A stretch of DNA of 54,541 bases, the filler included, from Bipalium vagum (Eukaryota), in the NCBI GenBank assembly GCA_037834085.1. It is 2 parts of 2 records of this genome, joined end to end, with 100 filler letters (N's around TTAATTAATTAA, not from the genome) between each part and the next. Parts side by side here need not be neighbours in the genome. Positions count along the whole stretch, not along the records: positions 24,557 to 54,541 come from JBBMKC010010714.1; 1 more part is not named here. The stretch is one strand, 5' to 3'. How positions within the stretch are numbered: the stretch's first letter is position 1; the number at the start of each line of letters is the position of its first letter. Made by a program: the position numbers and the translations under genes. The notes beneath the pieces were generated by a model, which had not been told where the DNA came from, made no database searches, and worked only from the letters and a program-made list of their open reading frames with translations. This document shows positions 38,001-50,043 of this stretch, piece after piece.

Positions 38001-39670
38001 ATTCAAAACTGAGGATTTGCGATTAGCAAAAGTATGTAAATCAATCAAAAGTATTTAAAGATGATAAACTAAAAATGTTATTAAACAAAAATCATTGGCA
38101 AATAGAAGATATCAAAACGGACTGCCTGATTGGATTTTTTTTGGATCAAATAATTTTTTATGATGATAGTTATAAATTGTTAAAAATGTAAAAAATATTG
38201 TTATTAATGACGGAAATTACTTGTAATCAATATTTACTTCTAATTTTCTCAATGACATTGGATTTTGAAACCACTAAAAGATATTATTATTTGTACACCC
38301 AATGAAACAGATAAATAAAATATTTATTTTAAAGAAAATTTTAAAATGTATATTGTCCATTAATATTTTTTATTAATTCAGATCAAATAAAAATGATGGA
38401 ATAGAAAGATTTAAGAATAGAATAATGTGCTTAACTGTCTGGTTTGGTAATCGTTATCTTGCAGTTGGAATTGGAAGTGGCCATGTAATTGTTATTGATC
38501 AGAAATCTGATTACTTCACAGTGCTCGACCTTTTTGAAAATCCCGTTCTGTTCATACAACATATTAGATTTCCTGTTTATAAGGGTAGGTAAATAACATA
38601 TTATAATTTATCATATCTACTGAATTTTAAAAATAATCTCTTTCTAAAATATATTTTAAAAACCAAAAATAATAACCATAATGTTGACATTATTAAAAAC
38701 GTAAGACCAAAAAAAGATATTTGCACTCAAAAATCAGAAAATTAAGAAATAATAATATTGTGTACGAGAAACTTGTGTATACGAAAACTTTAAAATCAAA
38801 AGAATGCGAATATTGCAAAACATCAAAAAATTCAGTTTCATATCCGTTCAGTTCAATCTATTAATCTTCTTTATATGAAATGTCCAACCCAGATATGTGA
38901 AAGTAGAGCTGCATTATGAATAGACAACAAACATTTATTCAATGAAATAGTCACCGGTTACAATCAGATATTTTCTGACAGCCATTAGAAAGCTAAAAAT
39001 CTCGTTTTTGAAAAACTATATTTTTACTGTATAATCTACGATTTGAATATTTAATTTATTTTTACTTTAACTCATTAAATGAGACATTTATTAGCAAAAT
39101 CAGAATACGAAAATGATGACAGAACTTCAGCAGAAAATCTCGTGCAAAATCCACTGAAAGAATCGGATAACTCGTTAAAAATATCCAGGATAAAGTCTGG
39201 GCTTTTAATTGTCGGTAATCGATATAAATCAATTGGTCTGGAAAGTAAGCTTTCGATAATTATTTTTCTCTAATAATTGATTATTTTTTACCTACCAATT
39301 TCAAATCATGGTCTTCTTTTCTGGTATTTAAAACTGAAAAAAATTACCATTTTAATTAATTGAGGTTAGAAAATAATTTTTATAATAGTTGAAGAATAAA
39401 ATAACCAATGAATTTATTTTATTTAATCTTGAATTTAAGAGGTCGTTAAATAGGGTTCAGATGTACAGTTAAACATAAAGTACTTAAATTGTAGAACCAA
39501 AGACATATCAATTATATGTATTATTTATATATATAAATATGTTCAATTATTAACTTGTTGGGTAGGTTAGAAAAATGTAATATAACATAGTGAATATGAG
39601 AAAATATGGAGAACTTTATCAAATTTTAGGTTTTAATCAGTTCAAGAATAACAAAAATAGTCCTCTGTGA
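26087..39670 (+). CDS. LRRK/Roco family kinase, 3' part (COR-kinase-WD40-like); 5' exons not seen
   Basis: Phase-consistent GT-AG exons: 26087-26178, 27459-27625 (LPAGFWPRLITR, WKTG), 27693-27784, 30376-30676 (LIEEWYPGL), 31096-31503 (GSGGIGSV, AVK, IIYRDLK), 32086-32355 (KLADYGIA, APEV), 32410-32559, 32613-32708, 35014-35195, 35242-35323, 36411-36583, 36628-36789, 38382-38584, 39095-39244. The last exon 39630-39670 is uncertain; an alternative stop is at 39273. DYG in place of DFG is typical of LRRK. Confidence 0.92.
26395..27141 (-). mobile_element. Mariner 5' portion in an LRRK intron
   Basis: MAEEIPNENHIRHCMLYEF and IVS*LVT/TGDEKWFMYDN region, plus a TIR-like TTAGGTCGACACATAAGTAATG. Confidence 0.85.
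28000..28225 (-). mobile_element. Tc1/IS630-type C-terminal fragment
   Basis: LPPYSP(F)LNPIENLFSKWK. Confidence 0.75.
28260..28640 (-). mobile_element. Mariner N-terminal HTH fragment
   Basis: ORF 28356-28637: IRVFIAYCF...VTNWFCMF...SGRS. Confidence 0.8.
29456..29668. mobile_element. Mariner-derived MITE
   Basis: TA-TTGGGTTGTTCGAAAAGTCACTTCGC...GCGAAGTGGCTTTCCAAAAAACCCAA-TA, i.e. TIRs with TA flanks. Confidence 0.85.
30057..30307. mobile_element. Foldback MITE with ~65 bp inverted termini
   Basis: CTATTTTACTTTAACAA...CAGACCAATCATAATACAGGGTTATTTTTAGATTTT is mirrored at 30240-30307. Confidence 0.85.
32870..33490 (-). mobile_element. Mariner remnant
   Basis: MSIQDEFRSGQPSVID linker motif and TCDEK near 33130. 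Confidence 0.7.
34355..34685 (+). mobile_element. Penelope-like GIY-YIG endonuclease fragment
   Basis: LYIGETQRHLKTRIGEH and RKICESLVIKKLKPEIN. Confidence 0.8.
35800..36210 (-). mobile_element. Tc1/maT 3' fragment with TIR
   Basis: WPLSPPNINPLDYYVW, and terminus TACAGAGTG at 35801. Confidence 0.8.
37100..37715 (-). mobile_element. Tc1 5' fragment (paired-like HTH)
   Basis: MYSRISENDRVRI...GSVLDKPRIGKPITLTPRD. Confidence 0.75.
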
Positions 39671-40895
39671 ATGATATCTTATGCTTTTACGAGTTGAAAA
39701 ATAAACTTTGTTGTGTGTAAATATATTAGTCGTTATTTTATTTTTCACGGACTTATTGAACCACCCTCGTATGTATGATAATCATTTAATGAATTGACAT
39801 TTTCAAGACTTATCAGTCTTAAAGCAACTTCAACTCAAAGCCAACCAACATTTTGGCATCCATACTCCAAATTAATTAGTTGGTTAAATAATTAATTCAA
39901 AATATTAAAATTAAATTTCTAGACTCACAATTCCAAAATCATTGATTTATTCAGTTTTATTTACCATTTATACGAAGATCAAAAAAGAAAATAAATTTAA
40001 TATGTTTTAGATGTATCACTTTATTCTTTAAATTACTTAGTTCATTAATTAATTAGATTACTTTAAAAGGATTTTTTAAAAAATTTAAAGTCATTAGCTC
40101 TTTAGACTCATCTTTCCTTCTTGGTACTACTTCTGAATAGGTCGATTAATAATAAAATTGCTAAATATTAATATTGCTAAAATAGTATCTAATAATCTTA
40201 TAAAACAAAAATTTTCTGAATTTCTGTCATTATTCTGTAAAATATATTTTCTTTTTTTGTTTTTGCTTTTATATGCATATTACTACTATACTTTGACGCA
40301 GTAACGTGTGCTCATGTAATCGTAACTCCTTATTTTTAGAAAATGTTGTGTTCGTTTCCTCTCAAATCTTATCTGAATAAAACACCCCCCAATGATACTG
40401 TATCCGCAATCTGACAACAATGCTCCTAAACGTAGTTTCTCTAAAAATTTCTTTTTAAATTTTTGAGCATTTATGGGAATAGTCGTCTCCTTTTATAGTG
40501 GCAGAGATTGATCTACGATCACCAATCCCTACGCTTAGAAATGGCTTTTTTTCCCTAGTAGCCGTCAACTCTATCTTCACGCCGAGATAGAGTCAGATCA
40601 ATGATAATGGAAACCTGCTGTCCACTCGAGAACGACTGTCAGAGAATCCATTAGCCTAAGGCTCTTAAAAAAATTTTTTTTTAAATATTTATTATTATTA
40701 ATTAATAATAATAATAACTATTATTATTATTATTTCAAAAACCAAACATGTATATAAAACAAAGTCTAACTTTAATATTTTAGCTTAGATCTTATATTTA
40801 TTAACATTTATTATTTATTTTACAATTATTTATATTTACACAACATAATAGGAAAATCAATTTTTACTTCATCAACCTAAAATTCTTATTTAAAC

Positions 40896-42178
40896 TACAC
40901 AGTCTTATATAAGTAACCGAACTTTTGATTTAAGTCATATACTAAAAGTTTCATTTGTTTAAACTAATCTTTCATTTAAAATTACATCATTCATCTATGA
41001 AATGATCAAAATTTATTTTATTCGGATATCAGGTTTGAATTCTATTTGCATTTAAATAAAGGTATATATCAGTAGATTTACAATAGAACAAAGAGAAAAT
41101 ATTAAACTTTCTTTAAAAATCGGAAAAAAAAATACAGACTTATGATTTACTGCAAAAAGCTTATGGTGATGATTGCATATCTCGTACACAATTTGATAAA
41201 TGGTTTACACGATTTAAAAATGGTAATAATGATTTAAATGACAAGCCTAGACGTCCGGATGTTGAAAATCGTCCACATTTAGTGGAAAAAGTACGTGAAA
41301 TCATTGCTTATGGTGGTAAAATAAATGTGACAATGTTAGCAGAAAAATTAAATACAAGTGTCTTTACCATTTTGACAATTTTAACGAAAGATTTTTGTAA
41401 AAGAAAGGTTTGTGCCAAATGTGTTCTCCATGTATTAAATGAAGACTAAAAACCGCTAGTGTTGAAAATTGTAAAGATCTCCCTTAAAATCACTGCTTAA
41501 AATAATCCAGATTATATTGACTCAATAATAACTGGTGATGAAACATGGTGTTTTAAATATGATCCACAAACGAAGCGTCTAAGTAATGAATGAAATGCAG
41601 TAGACAAGCTGAAACCAAAAAAATTGTGTTTTCTAAAAATAAGACAATGCCTATTACTTTTTATGATTCAAAAGGTATAATCCATAAAGAATTTGTTCCG
41701 AAATATCAAACTGTTAAAGGTGAATATTATTTAAATGTTTTACATCGTTTGGATCAAGAATCTTTTGAGTTAGACAGGAATATCATGTAGGAAAATAGTT
41801 GTTTTTATTGCACAATAATGCCCCATCTCACATGATCACAAAAGTTTGAATTTTTTGACCAAAATAATTTGTGTCATATGACATCCATCATATTCGCCTG
41901 ATCTATCACCATGCGACTATTTTCTATTCCCAAAACTAAAATTGACATTGAAAGGTGTTTTATGATGATTTTCAAGTTATTCAAGAAGCCTGACACGAGT
42001 GCTCAAGAAAATTCCTTTTAATGACTTTTAAAAATCTGTGTGCACTAATTGACTGTACTAGATGTGGTATCGAATCCCATGGAACATATTTTGAATAATT
42101 ATAATCTTTTATGGATAATATAATGTTTATTTTACTGTGTATCAATAAAGTTAGGTTATTTATATAACATGGTGTGTA
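40896..42178 (+). mobile_element. Full-length (~1.28 kb) degenerate mariner with both TIRs
   Basis: Left end TACACAGTCTTATATAAGTAACCGAACTT and right end AAGTTAGGTTATTTATATAACATGGTGTGTA. IITGDETW, LHNNAPSH and HPSYSPDLSPCDYFLF motifs, with many frameshifts. Confidence 0.93.
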
Positions 42179-43459
42179 ATTAACTTATTATAATAGAATT
42201 TTCGAGATTTAGTTTTCAAAATTGATGGTATTAATAATTATTATAATAATAAGAATTATAATAATAAGAGTAAGAAGAATAAATATTTTTAAAATAATAT
42301 CGTAATTATTAATTTGCAAATTTCAAAATCGATTATTTTTACCCGTAGGAGTTTGAGCTGTGATTTTAACCTATTAAGGGTTTTTTAATCATCTAAATGA
42401 GTTGAGGGGTCTGTGTTAAAGAGATTATATAATCTTTTCTCTGACAGAGTGGCAGAAAACGAAAATATTCTTGTCCTAGATGGGCTAGACAAATCAATTC
42501 TCATTTCTGCTAACTGTTGACTTCAGTAACCAGAACAAATTATATGAACAACTCGTAGGACTTGAGAGAGGCGATTGAAATCGCAATAAAAAGTTATATT
42601 TGAACAGAAGCATTATTATAAAAAATTAATTGTTAAATTAAACCGAATTCAACAATAACACTGAATAGTAACTCACACAATAATAAAATAAGCTTTAGTA
42701 CTTCTCAAAGTCAAAATAACTTTACACGATAAATATCAATAAGATTTTCAATGACCATGTAATCAATCAGATAAAACAAAATAAAAAGCTCAAATTTCAA
42801 ATTTCTGGCAATTATTAATTGAAAACCCTAGCCGGGAATAATAGAAAACAATTGAGCACTATTAACTAAAAAATATTATTATTTCATTTTTATCACTATT
42901 AATTTAATTTATAGTCTTGGAACTCAATTTTAAAATATAACATTATTTTACTTGCATTAAAATTTTATGATTTTTAAAAATGTGGTATCAGAAAAGGTGT
43001 TAAAATATAAAAAAAATAAATTGAAATTTTTTCAATAGACGACTTAATAATTTTCAAACATAGTATGTGAATTGCTGTTTGTTTCTTAAGAAATTTAGAA
43101 TTATTTTCTCGGATCTTATTATTCTAATTATAAAGTAGTAAATAAATCTTAAATAAAAAACAAAAATTGTCATTTTATATTGAAAACCTAGATTTTGATG
43201 GAGCCTCCTTAATTTTACTGAATGATGATATATCAAACATATCTCGCCAATTAGAAAATCATATTGAATGGAGAAATAACTTTATGTGATCTATTGATTT
43301 TAATTGTAATAAATTTTTCGTAAAAATATTTTGATTTTTCAATTGTAAGAGATTAAATAAACCACAGTTTCTAAAACGTTTGTTTTAATAATGAATAGAT
43401 TGTTCGACTTTTGATTTAAAGTATGTTGTTTTTTAAATTTTATTTATGACGTAATCAGC

Positions 43460-43975
43460 ATGGGATTTGAAAGCAGAGTTGGTAGAGGTCGAATAAATCG
43501 TGTAGGTTGTAGAGGATCTAATCGAGGAGCAATTAAAGGTGGTAGAGGATTGTTTGGACATAAACTAGAAGATTATGAAACTGGAGATCATGTTGAAGAA
43601 ATAACAAGATATTCTCAGGTTCATGAAGAAGGTTCTGTGTGCATAAGTAATCATGTAAAAATACCTTACTTTAATAATCATACTTATTTGGAATGCAAAG
43701 TTGCTGGAAAAGTCGATCAAGTCTTTTGTCAATTAGGCGATTCTCACTTTCATTTGAAGCTTTCTGAATCGTTTAAAGAAAATTCTGAATTCTATATTTT
43801 ACCTTTTAATTTATTAAGCAAAAATCATCTAATTTCACAATCGATTTCTGGTGGGGGATCTAATAGAGATTCAAGGTTCAATTGTGGGATTATGACCGAT
43901 GGAATAGAATTTTCTAGTACTAGAAAACGTTCTATTGTTGCAAATAATGATGCAGCCAAGCGTTTTAAAGATTAA
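43460..43975 (+). CDS. GAR1: Divergent GAR1-like H/ACA snoRNP subunit, intronless
   Basis: Gly/Arg-rich N-terminus. Core KIPYFNNHTYLE...GKVDQVF...FHLKLSE...FYILPFNLL parallels GAR1 KVPYFNAPVYLE...GKVDEIF...FSVKLSE...FYIDPYKLL. Confidence 0.8.
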   Translation: MGFESRVGRGRINRVGCRGSNRGAIKGGRGLFGHKLEDYETGDHVEEITRYSQVHEEGSVCISNHVKIPYFNNHTYLECKVAGKVDQVFCQLGDSHFHLKLSESFKENSEFYILPFNLLSKNHLISQSISGGGSNRDSRFNCGIMTDGIEFSSTRKRSIVANNDAAKRFKD

Positions 43976-45460
43976 AATTTTCAGTGTTATAATAAAAGAA
44001 CATTCAAACTTCATTTTGAGTTATCTTTACATAATAAACATGTTTCTGAATTTATATTAGATTTATATTATGCTTTATTAATAGAAAGATAATTAATTCG
44101 AAAGAATTTTATTTTTACCAAAATGTTATTAGAAATTTTGAATAAGAAATTTTCATGTTGTGCTCTATCTCTTTAAAACAAATAGTAAAAAAATTTTAAT
44201 TAAATGCTACATAAAGTTTCTATTTCTATCTGCTTGTCTATAGTCTTCTGTTTTAAATATTATATGTCAATTGTGTTTTATTAGTTTACTGGTATTTAAT
44301 ACTTATAAAATATATGCTAATATCTGTGTTTTTTTAAAATATCTTGAAATATTCTGTTCCATTTCAATATAATTTAACATTAGATGAGTAAAATATTCTT
44401 AGTTCTATAAGATATGACTGAATATTATTCAGGAATCGCATTTAAGAAAATATTGAAAAAAATAAAAGATACAACTAACTGATAAGTTGTTCATGTTTGT
44501 AAAAGTACAGAAATACTAGCTTAAAAAATAAACAAAAAAGACATTGTTAATAATATGGAACAGTTTTTAACTAATCTTGCCAGTAATATTATCAGTAAAT
44601 CGTTAACTTCATTTCCTGTCCTTGGATAGATTTCTTGTAACATATTAAAGGATTTCAAAATATATTGATAAAAACTGATTCATTTAGAGAAATTATTTTA
44701 ATTTAAAAAATTAATACTAATAAAAGTTATTAATGAAACAATGTAGTATGTCTCATTCTAATTTTTTTTTACTTTTCTAGTTTTAGGAACAAAATATCAT
44801 GTTGAAATTTATTTTCTGTTAAAACTAGAATTGGACCAACAATTAGCAAAGGTAACACAATACAAAGTAAAGGTCTTTTAATTAGTTTCCGTTGGTTTTC
44901 ATTTTTAGGGTCAACTTACGCGGAAATTGCAAAATTTATATTTTAACATTTTCTCAACCTAATATTGAAATATACAAAACTTTGTAAATAACATGAATTT
45001 ATATCATTAAAAAGATTAGTTACAATTGGATCACATATTATTCGCATTAAAAATGCAAGTCTGAATTGATTCAGAAAATAAAATTAAATAATAATTATAA
45101 CGTTTATTTTTATTTTATCCCAATATGCAGTATAAAATATGTTAAATGTAAAAACTGTTTGTAATTAGAATGCTGTCTTTTTAAAAAATGTGACGAAATT
45201 AATCATGATCAATTTGAAAAGCAATTGAAAAGAGGCCAAGTGAAAATGTAGTCGTCGTTGGGACGATTTAGTTTTTAAATTAGTAAAAATTATTCTCTAC
45301 TGTTTTTGTTAAGAAATATTTTTCTATCCCATCTCATTTTTGATTGGCTTTCATTTGGACGGTTTATTGATTTATTAAATAATTTTGTATAATTATTTAT
45401 TTTTGTCAGAATGGAGTTATACTCAGCTTCATTTTTTGTTTGGGTAAATTGTTTGGAATT

Positions 45461-47380
45461 ATGATTAAGTACAACGGTCACCAGAAAATGAATAATAATA
45501 ATACTAGCAATAGTAATAATAATAAAAAGCAAGTTTCAATGAATCCGAAGCCTCCAGTTTCCGATTATTTGATTGTCATGTGCAAGAGGATGATGACGGT
45601 TCTCATTGGATTTTCTCGACAAAGTACGATCCACAGCTTAAGTCACCTTTCACAAGCTCGGAATATCAAACAGAGAATGTTTTGGATGACAATTGCCTTT
45701 TCGGCATCGATTGGGTTTTTGATAAATTTAGTCAATATAGTTGAAAAATATTACGAACGACCAGTATTAACTAATGTTTTCCATGATTTGAGAGCATTTG
45801 TTTTCCCTGACATCACTTTCTGCTTGGTGAATCCTATCCACTTTCCACCTATTGGCACTTCCCAATACAATGAACTAGAACGCCAGTTCGGTTTGTATTA
45901 TAAATTTCGTAATTCGACCCATTTGAAAGCGAGACAAGAAGCTTTGTCTTTTATGGCATATAAGAATTATTCTCTGGACATTGACTTGTCGGATTTTTTG
46001 TTCATTCAACGCGATGTCCATTACAGTCATCCGGCATGGAGCGCAATATTTCTCTGCAAATATATGCAGAGCACTTGCAGATGGAATCATTTTGAAGTGC
46101 GACATGTCTGGCCATATGGGAACTGTTTTACATTTAACGCTACGAAAATCTCCCCGGATTCCAGGAGAGACGTTTCCAATATGATTAAAAACGCTTGGCG
46201 TCCTGATTTTAAGATCATTGTCAACAAAGGATTAATTCCTACCACCAAGTTTAGCTTGGATCCATTTAATAGCTTGAATACTCCCAGTGGCGTCCTGGTA
46301 ATGGTCCACGAAGCTGACACATATCCTTATCCAGACGAAGGGTTTATTGTTGATTCTTACACTCAAATTGATCTGAAAATCACAACCAAGATCCATTTGA
46401 ACGTCAACAACAAGTGTGATATGAATCGATTGACTTATGAGTATTACGATTTTCAAACGCAAACCACATCACAATTCGCCGGTCGACAACCGGACTGTGT
46501 TTTCGACATAATACAAACGGCAATTGCCGACAGATGTTCTTGTTTACTGCAGAATATGCCCGTTTTCAAAAAATTCAAACATCTTCCATTTTGTTTGGCA
46601 TTGGAGGTCAATGAAACCTCAACCTATGGTAATAATGACTTGAATAATTGCATTAGAAATACTTTCAAATCCATTGATCAAGGTGCTATTAACAAAAAAT
46701 GTCATAGAGATTTGTGTTCCCACCCGTCTTTTACTACTGTTGTGTCTCACAGCAAGTACCCAGCGGTCAAAGAGCGTCAAACTCAATTTTTGTGGTTGGA
46801 AGAGTTGGGTGGCTTAGAGAATCTCCAGTTGCAAATGTACAATAAGACAGATTTGTATTTGAAAGCGCTGAAACCAAAACTAGTCAAAGAATATAACATT
46901 TCTTCAATAAAACAAGCCATAAATATACAGAGGCAGAATCACAATATTCACTTTTTGGAGGAGAGTTTTGTTGATAGAAATTTCATGCAAATCCGCCTGG
47001 TTCCCTCATCATTATTCATGGATCACATAGAAGAGACATTGGAATATACTCTTAGTCGATTGCTTAGTGACATTGGAGGCTGCATTGGATTATGGATAGG
47101 TGCTAGTTTGATTACTGTGTTTGAGTTTGTTGATTTGATCTTTCGACTTGGAGACTTGATGTCATCCTATCGATATCGACCAGCAGTCAATAAATTTGAA
47201 AACAATCAAAAGGACTCCACAAACAGAGTTGATAAGTTTATGAATAAATTCCAATTATTGAATGAAAACGAAACCGAGGACTTGGAAAATGAGATCAATC
47301 TCACTCTTTTGCAACCAATATCAATCATTAAAGGTAGCCGATCTTACTTCTACAAACACATGAGGTTACAAGATTTCTAA
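45461..47380 (+). CDS. DEG/ENaC (amiloride-sensitive) channel subunit, single exon
   Basis: TM1, FPDITFC, YGNCFTFN, GVLVMVH, a Cys-rich thumb, and TM2 LLSDIGGCIGLWIGASLITVFE. The first in-frame ATG is 45461; the true start is uncertain. Confidence 0.96.
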   Translation: MIKYNGHQKMNNNNTSNSNNNKKQVSMNPKPPVSDYLIVMCKRMMTVLIGFSRQSTIHSLSHLSQARNIKQRMFWMTIAFSASIGFLINLVNIVEKYYERPVLTNVFHDLRAFVFPDITFCLVNPIHFPPIGTSQYNELERQFGLYYKFRNSTHLKARQEALSFMAYKNYSLDIDLSDFLFIQRDVHYSHPAWSAIFLCKYMQSTCRWNHFEVRHVWPYGNCFTFNATKISPDSRRDVSNMIKNAWRPDFKIIVNKGLIPTTKFSLDPFNSLNTPSGVLVMVHEADTYPYPDEGFIVDSYTQIDLKITTKIHLNVNNKCDMNRLTYEYYDFQTQTTSQFAGRQPDCVFDIIQTAIADRCSCLLQNMPVFKKFKHLPFCLALEVNETSTYGNNDLNNCIRNTFKSIDQGAINKKCHRDLCSHPSFTTVVSHSKYPAVKERQTQFLWLEELGGLENLQLQMYNKTDLYLKALKPKLVKEYNISSIKQAINIQRQNHNIHFLEESFVDRNFMQIRLVPSSLFMDHIEETLEYTLSRLLSDIGGCIGLWIGASLITVFEFVDLIFRLGDLMSSYRYRPAVNKFENNQKDSTNRVDKFMNKFQLLNENETEDLENEINLTLLQPISIIKGSRSYFYKHMRLQDF

Positions 47381-48369
47381 ATTAATCATGTTAACATGAA
47401 TTTATGTTATTTTTATAAAAAATATATTTCTATTATACTTTTATATTAGGTTTGAAAAATTGTCTGAAATTTTTATATATTTATTGATTATGAAATCGCT
47501 TTTCTGTTGACGAGGTTTTGTTTAACTAAAATTTCCTTTATTTTTTTATTCTGCCTAAATGAAATACGAGATAAATACATTGAGTTAATTTACACTTAAT
47601 TTTTTGATTTAATTCTTAAATATAATGTTCACCAGAATATATGAGAATCTCACCAATGCCTCATTAAAAATAATACTAAATTATAAAAACTGTAGTCCTT
47701 CGTTAAGTTAGTTTTTGGTCGTTTCGTGTTCTTTAAATCGATGTTGTAGAGATTTAATGAATTTCTTGATTGTAAAAATTTCTGCTTTATCTTTTTATCA
47801 TGAAATATAAAGCTGATATTACATTCGTTGAAAATATCACTGTTTCGTGGCAAAGTTTTTTAAAAGATGAACTGTGGTTATAATAATTACCAAAATTATT
47901 ATATTATTTTACTTTATTTGAAAATTGCATTTCACGCATTTTGAGAGAAGAAATTTATTAAATCCTATTATTTTGTTTTATATATAAATTTTCTTAAGAG
48001 AACTTTTGCAATTTAGAAAAAATTATATTTAGATTTTTTCGAAAAAATTCAAAAAGTGCTACTAAGGATAAAATTTTATTTTATCAGTTAAAGAACTACT
48101 CCAATGTCCTTATCTTATACAAAAATACATTAAAATTGAAAATATCAAAAAATAAACCAATGATAAAATAAGATAAATTTTGATGATAAGAAATTAAAAA
48201 ATCTAAGCTTAATGTAAAATTTATTCCAATAGAAAATAGTTCAAAATTGAATTAAAAAAGAAATAGAATTTAGATTTAACAAAACCTAAGAGTGAAGCAA
48301 AAATGATTAAATGTATTAAATTGATTGGGATAATAGTTTATAAATTAATTTATAAAAACTAAAATTGAA

Positions 48370-48720
48370 TAGACAAGTAAAAATGTAACCATATACGAAG
48401 CTTTTAAATCGACATTTTTAAAAATATTTTTCAGAGTCATTATTTTGTCAGTGAAAGATTTCCACGATTTTTCGTGAGAATTTTACCATATTTTCTTCAT
48501 ATTCCTGCACAGAACGAAAATTTACCACCATTTTGAGTTCATTACAGATCTAAACAAATCATAATCTGGCGTTGCTAATTAAATGATAAACTAAGAGGTC
48601 AGCTTACTGTGAAAGAATATCGGCTCCAGTTTTTGGAAAGATATATTCGAAGTGCGGTAGAATTGGTAATACCTGGATTGTCTTGCTCATGCATAGCTCT
48701 TATTCAAGGTAAGTTGCCTG
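48370..48720 (-). mobile_element. Highly decayed mariner 3' fragment
   Basis: QDNP and LATPDYDLFRS. Confidence 0.55.
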
Positions 48721-50043
48721 ATGCACTAGCATTAGAGGATGTTGAATTTTAATAAATAATTGTTATCGAAAATTTATTATTATTTTTAATGAAATTTAAT
48801 CAAAGATTTATCATCTTTATTTATAAAATTATGTTTGTTTTAATTTCCTTTTTATTTTCATTTATTATCAATTACTTTTTTACTATTATCAATTAGTTTT
48901 TTACTATTATCAATTAGTATGGAAAATGGTATAGATTCAAGATCTACATTGGAAGCATCATTAATTCCCATTCAAACTTATTCAACTTTTTCCGGGACTT
49001 CAAATGTGATCTGGTATTACTGTGCTGGACACAATGGTTTTCCCTTTTATTAAATTGGTTCTGATTTTTTCAATCGATTCCTTTAATCTTTTCAATTGAT
49101 CCCAAAATCAAATCAGAATCAATTGTTTAATTGTACGAAAGTAATTCATAATTATTCATTAATATTTAATTAAATGTAAAGTAATTTTGAAGTTTTCTTG
49201 CGTAAGTGCTAAATTTTAAATCCAAATTTTATTATAGCAATTATTACTTGCTAGTTGACAAGCTGGACGCAAAACAATATTTATAATGAGTATGATTTGT
49301 GCAAGAAACGATGTTACATAATCAATAGTTTGCAAAATTTTTTACTTTATTTAAAATGGACGTAAACTGCAACATTACCAATTATAATACTCCATTCAAT
49401 GTTTTTATAAAACAAAAAAACGTCACCTCAGCCCAGCATAAATTAAAATATATGATACGATTAATTGAATTTTGCAATGCGTTAGTCATTTTTCAACTTT
49501 AGTATAATTGATAACTAAAATTACACTAATTATAATTATTAAAATAATAACTTAAATTACTGTAAAACTAATATCAACAATAATATTTTATCAGTCTTCA
49601 GAAATTCAGGATAATAAAATTGACGGTATTACTAAAAATTATTTTCAAGACACTAAATGTAATCTAAATTTTAAGACTATTATAATTAAATTTGAAATTT
49701 CACTTAATTCTACTGATCGGATTATTGAACAAAAACTATTTTAAAATTAAAATCCATAGAGATAATTACCTCACAAACGAACAATTAATTAATTTATAAA
49801 ATATTTTTATTAAACTTAATATTATATCAGGGAGTCATAACAGTTTCAAAATCAAAAAACCTGAAAATCACAAAAACAATTGTATTCAAGAAAATAATAA
49901 ATATTATTAATTAATATACTGAAAAATAGAATATATTTCACAAAATCTTAAAAATGAGACAATTTCCAAATTAAAATATTTAATTTCGAAAAATGTGATA
50001 ATAGTAATTTATAAAAGCAAAAGCCAATTTGGTACGGCTTTCC

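Noticed and set aside
48540-48740. Possible snRNA-like sequence (ACTTACCT on the minus strand)
   Set aside because: No U1-like stems or Sm site, and the region decodes as a mariner remnant.
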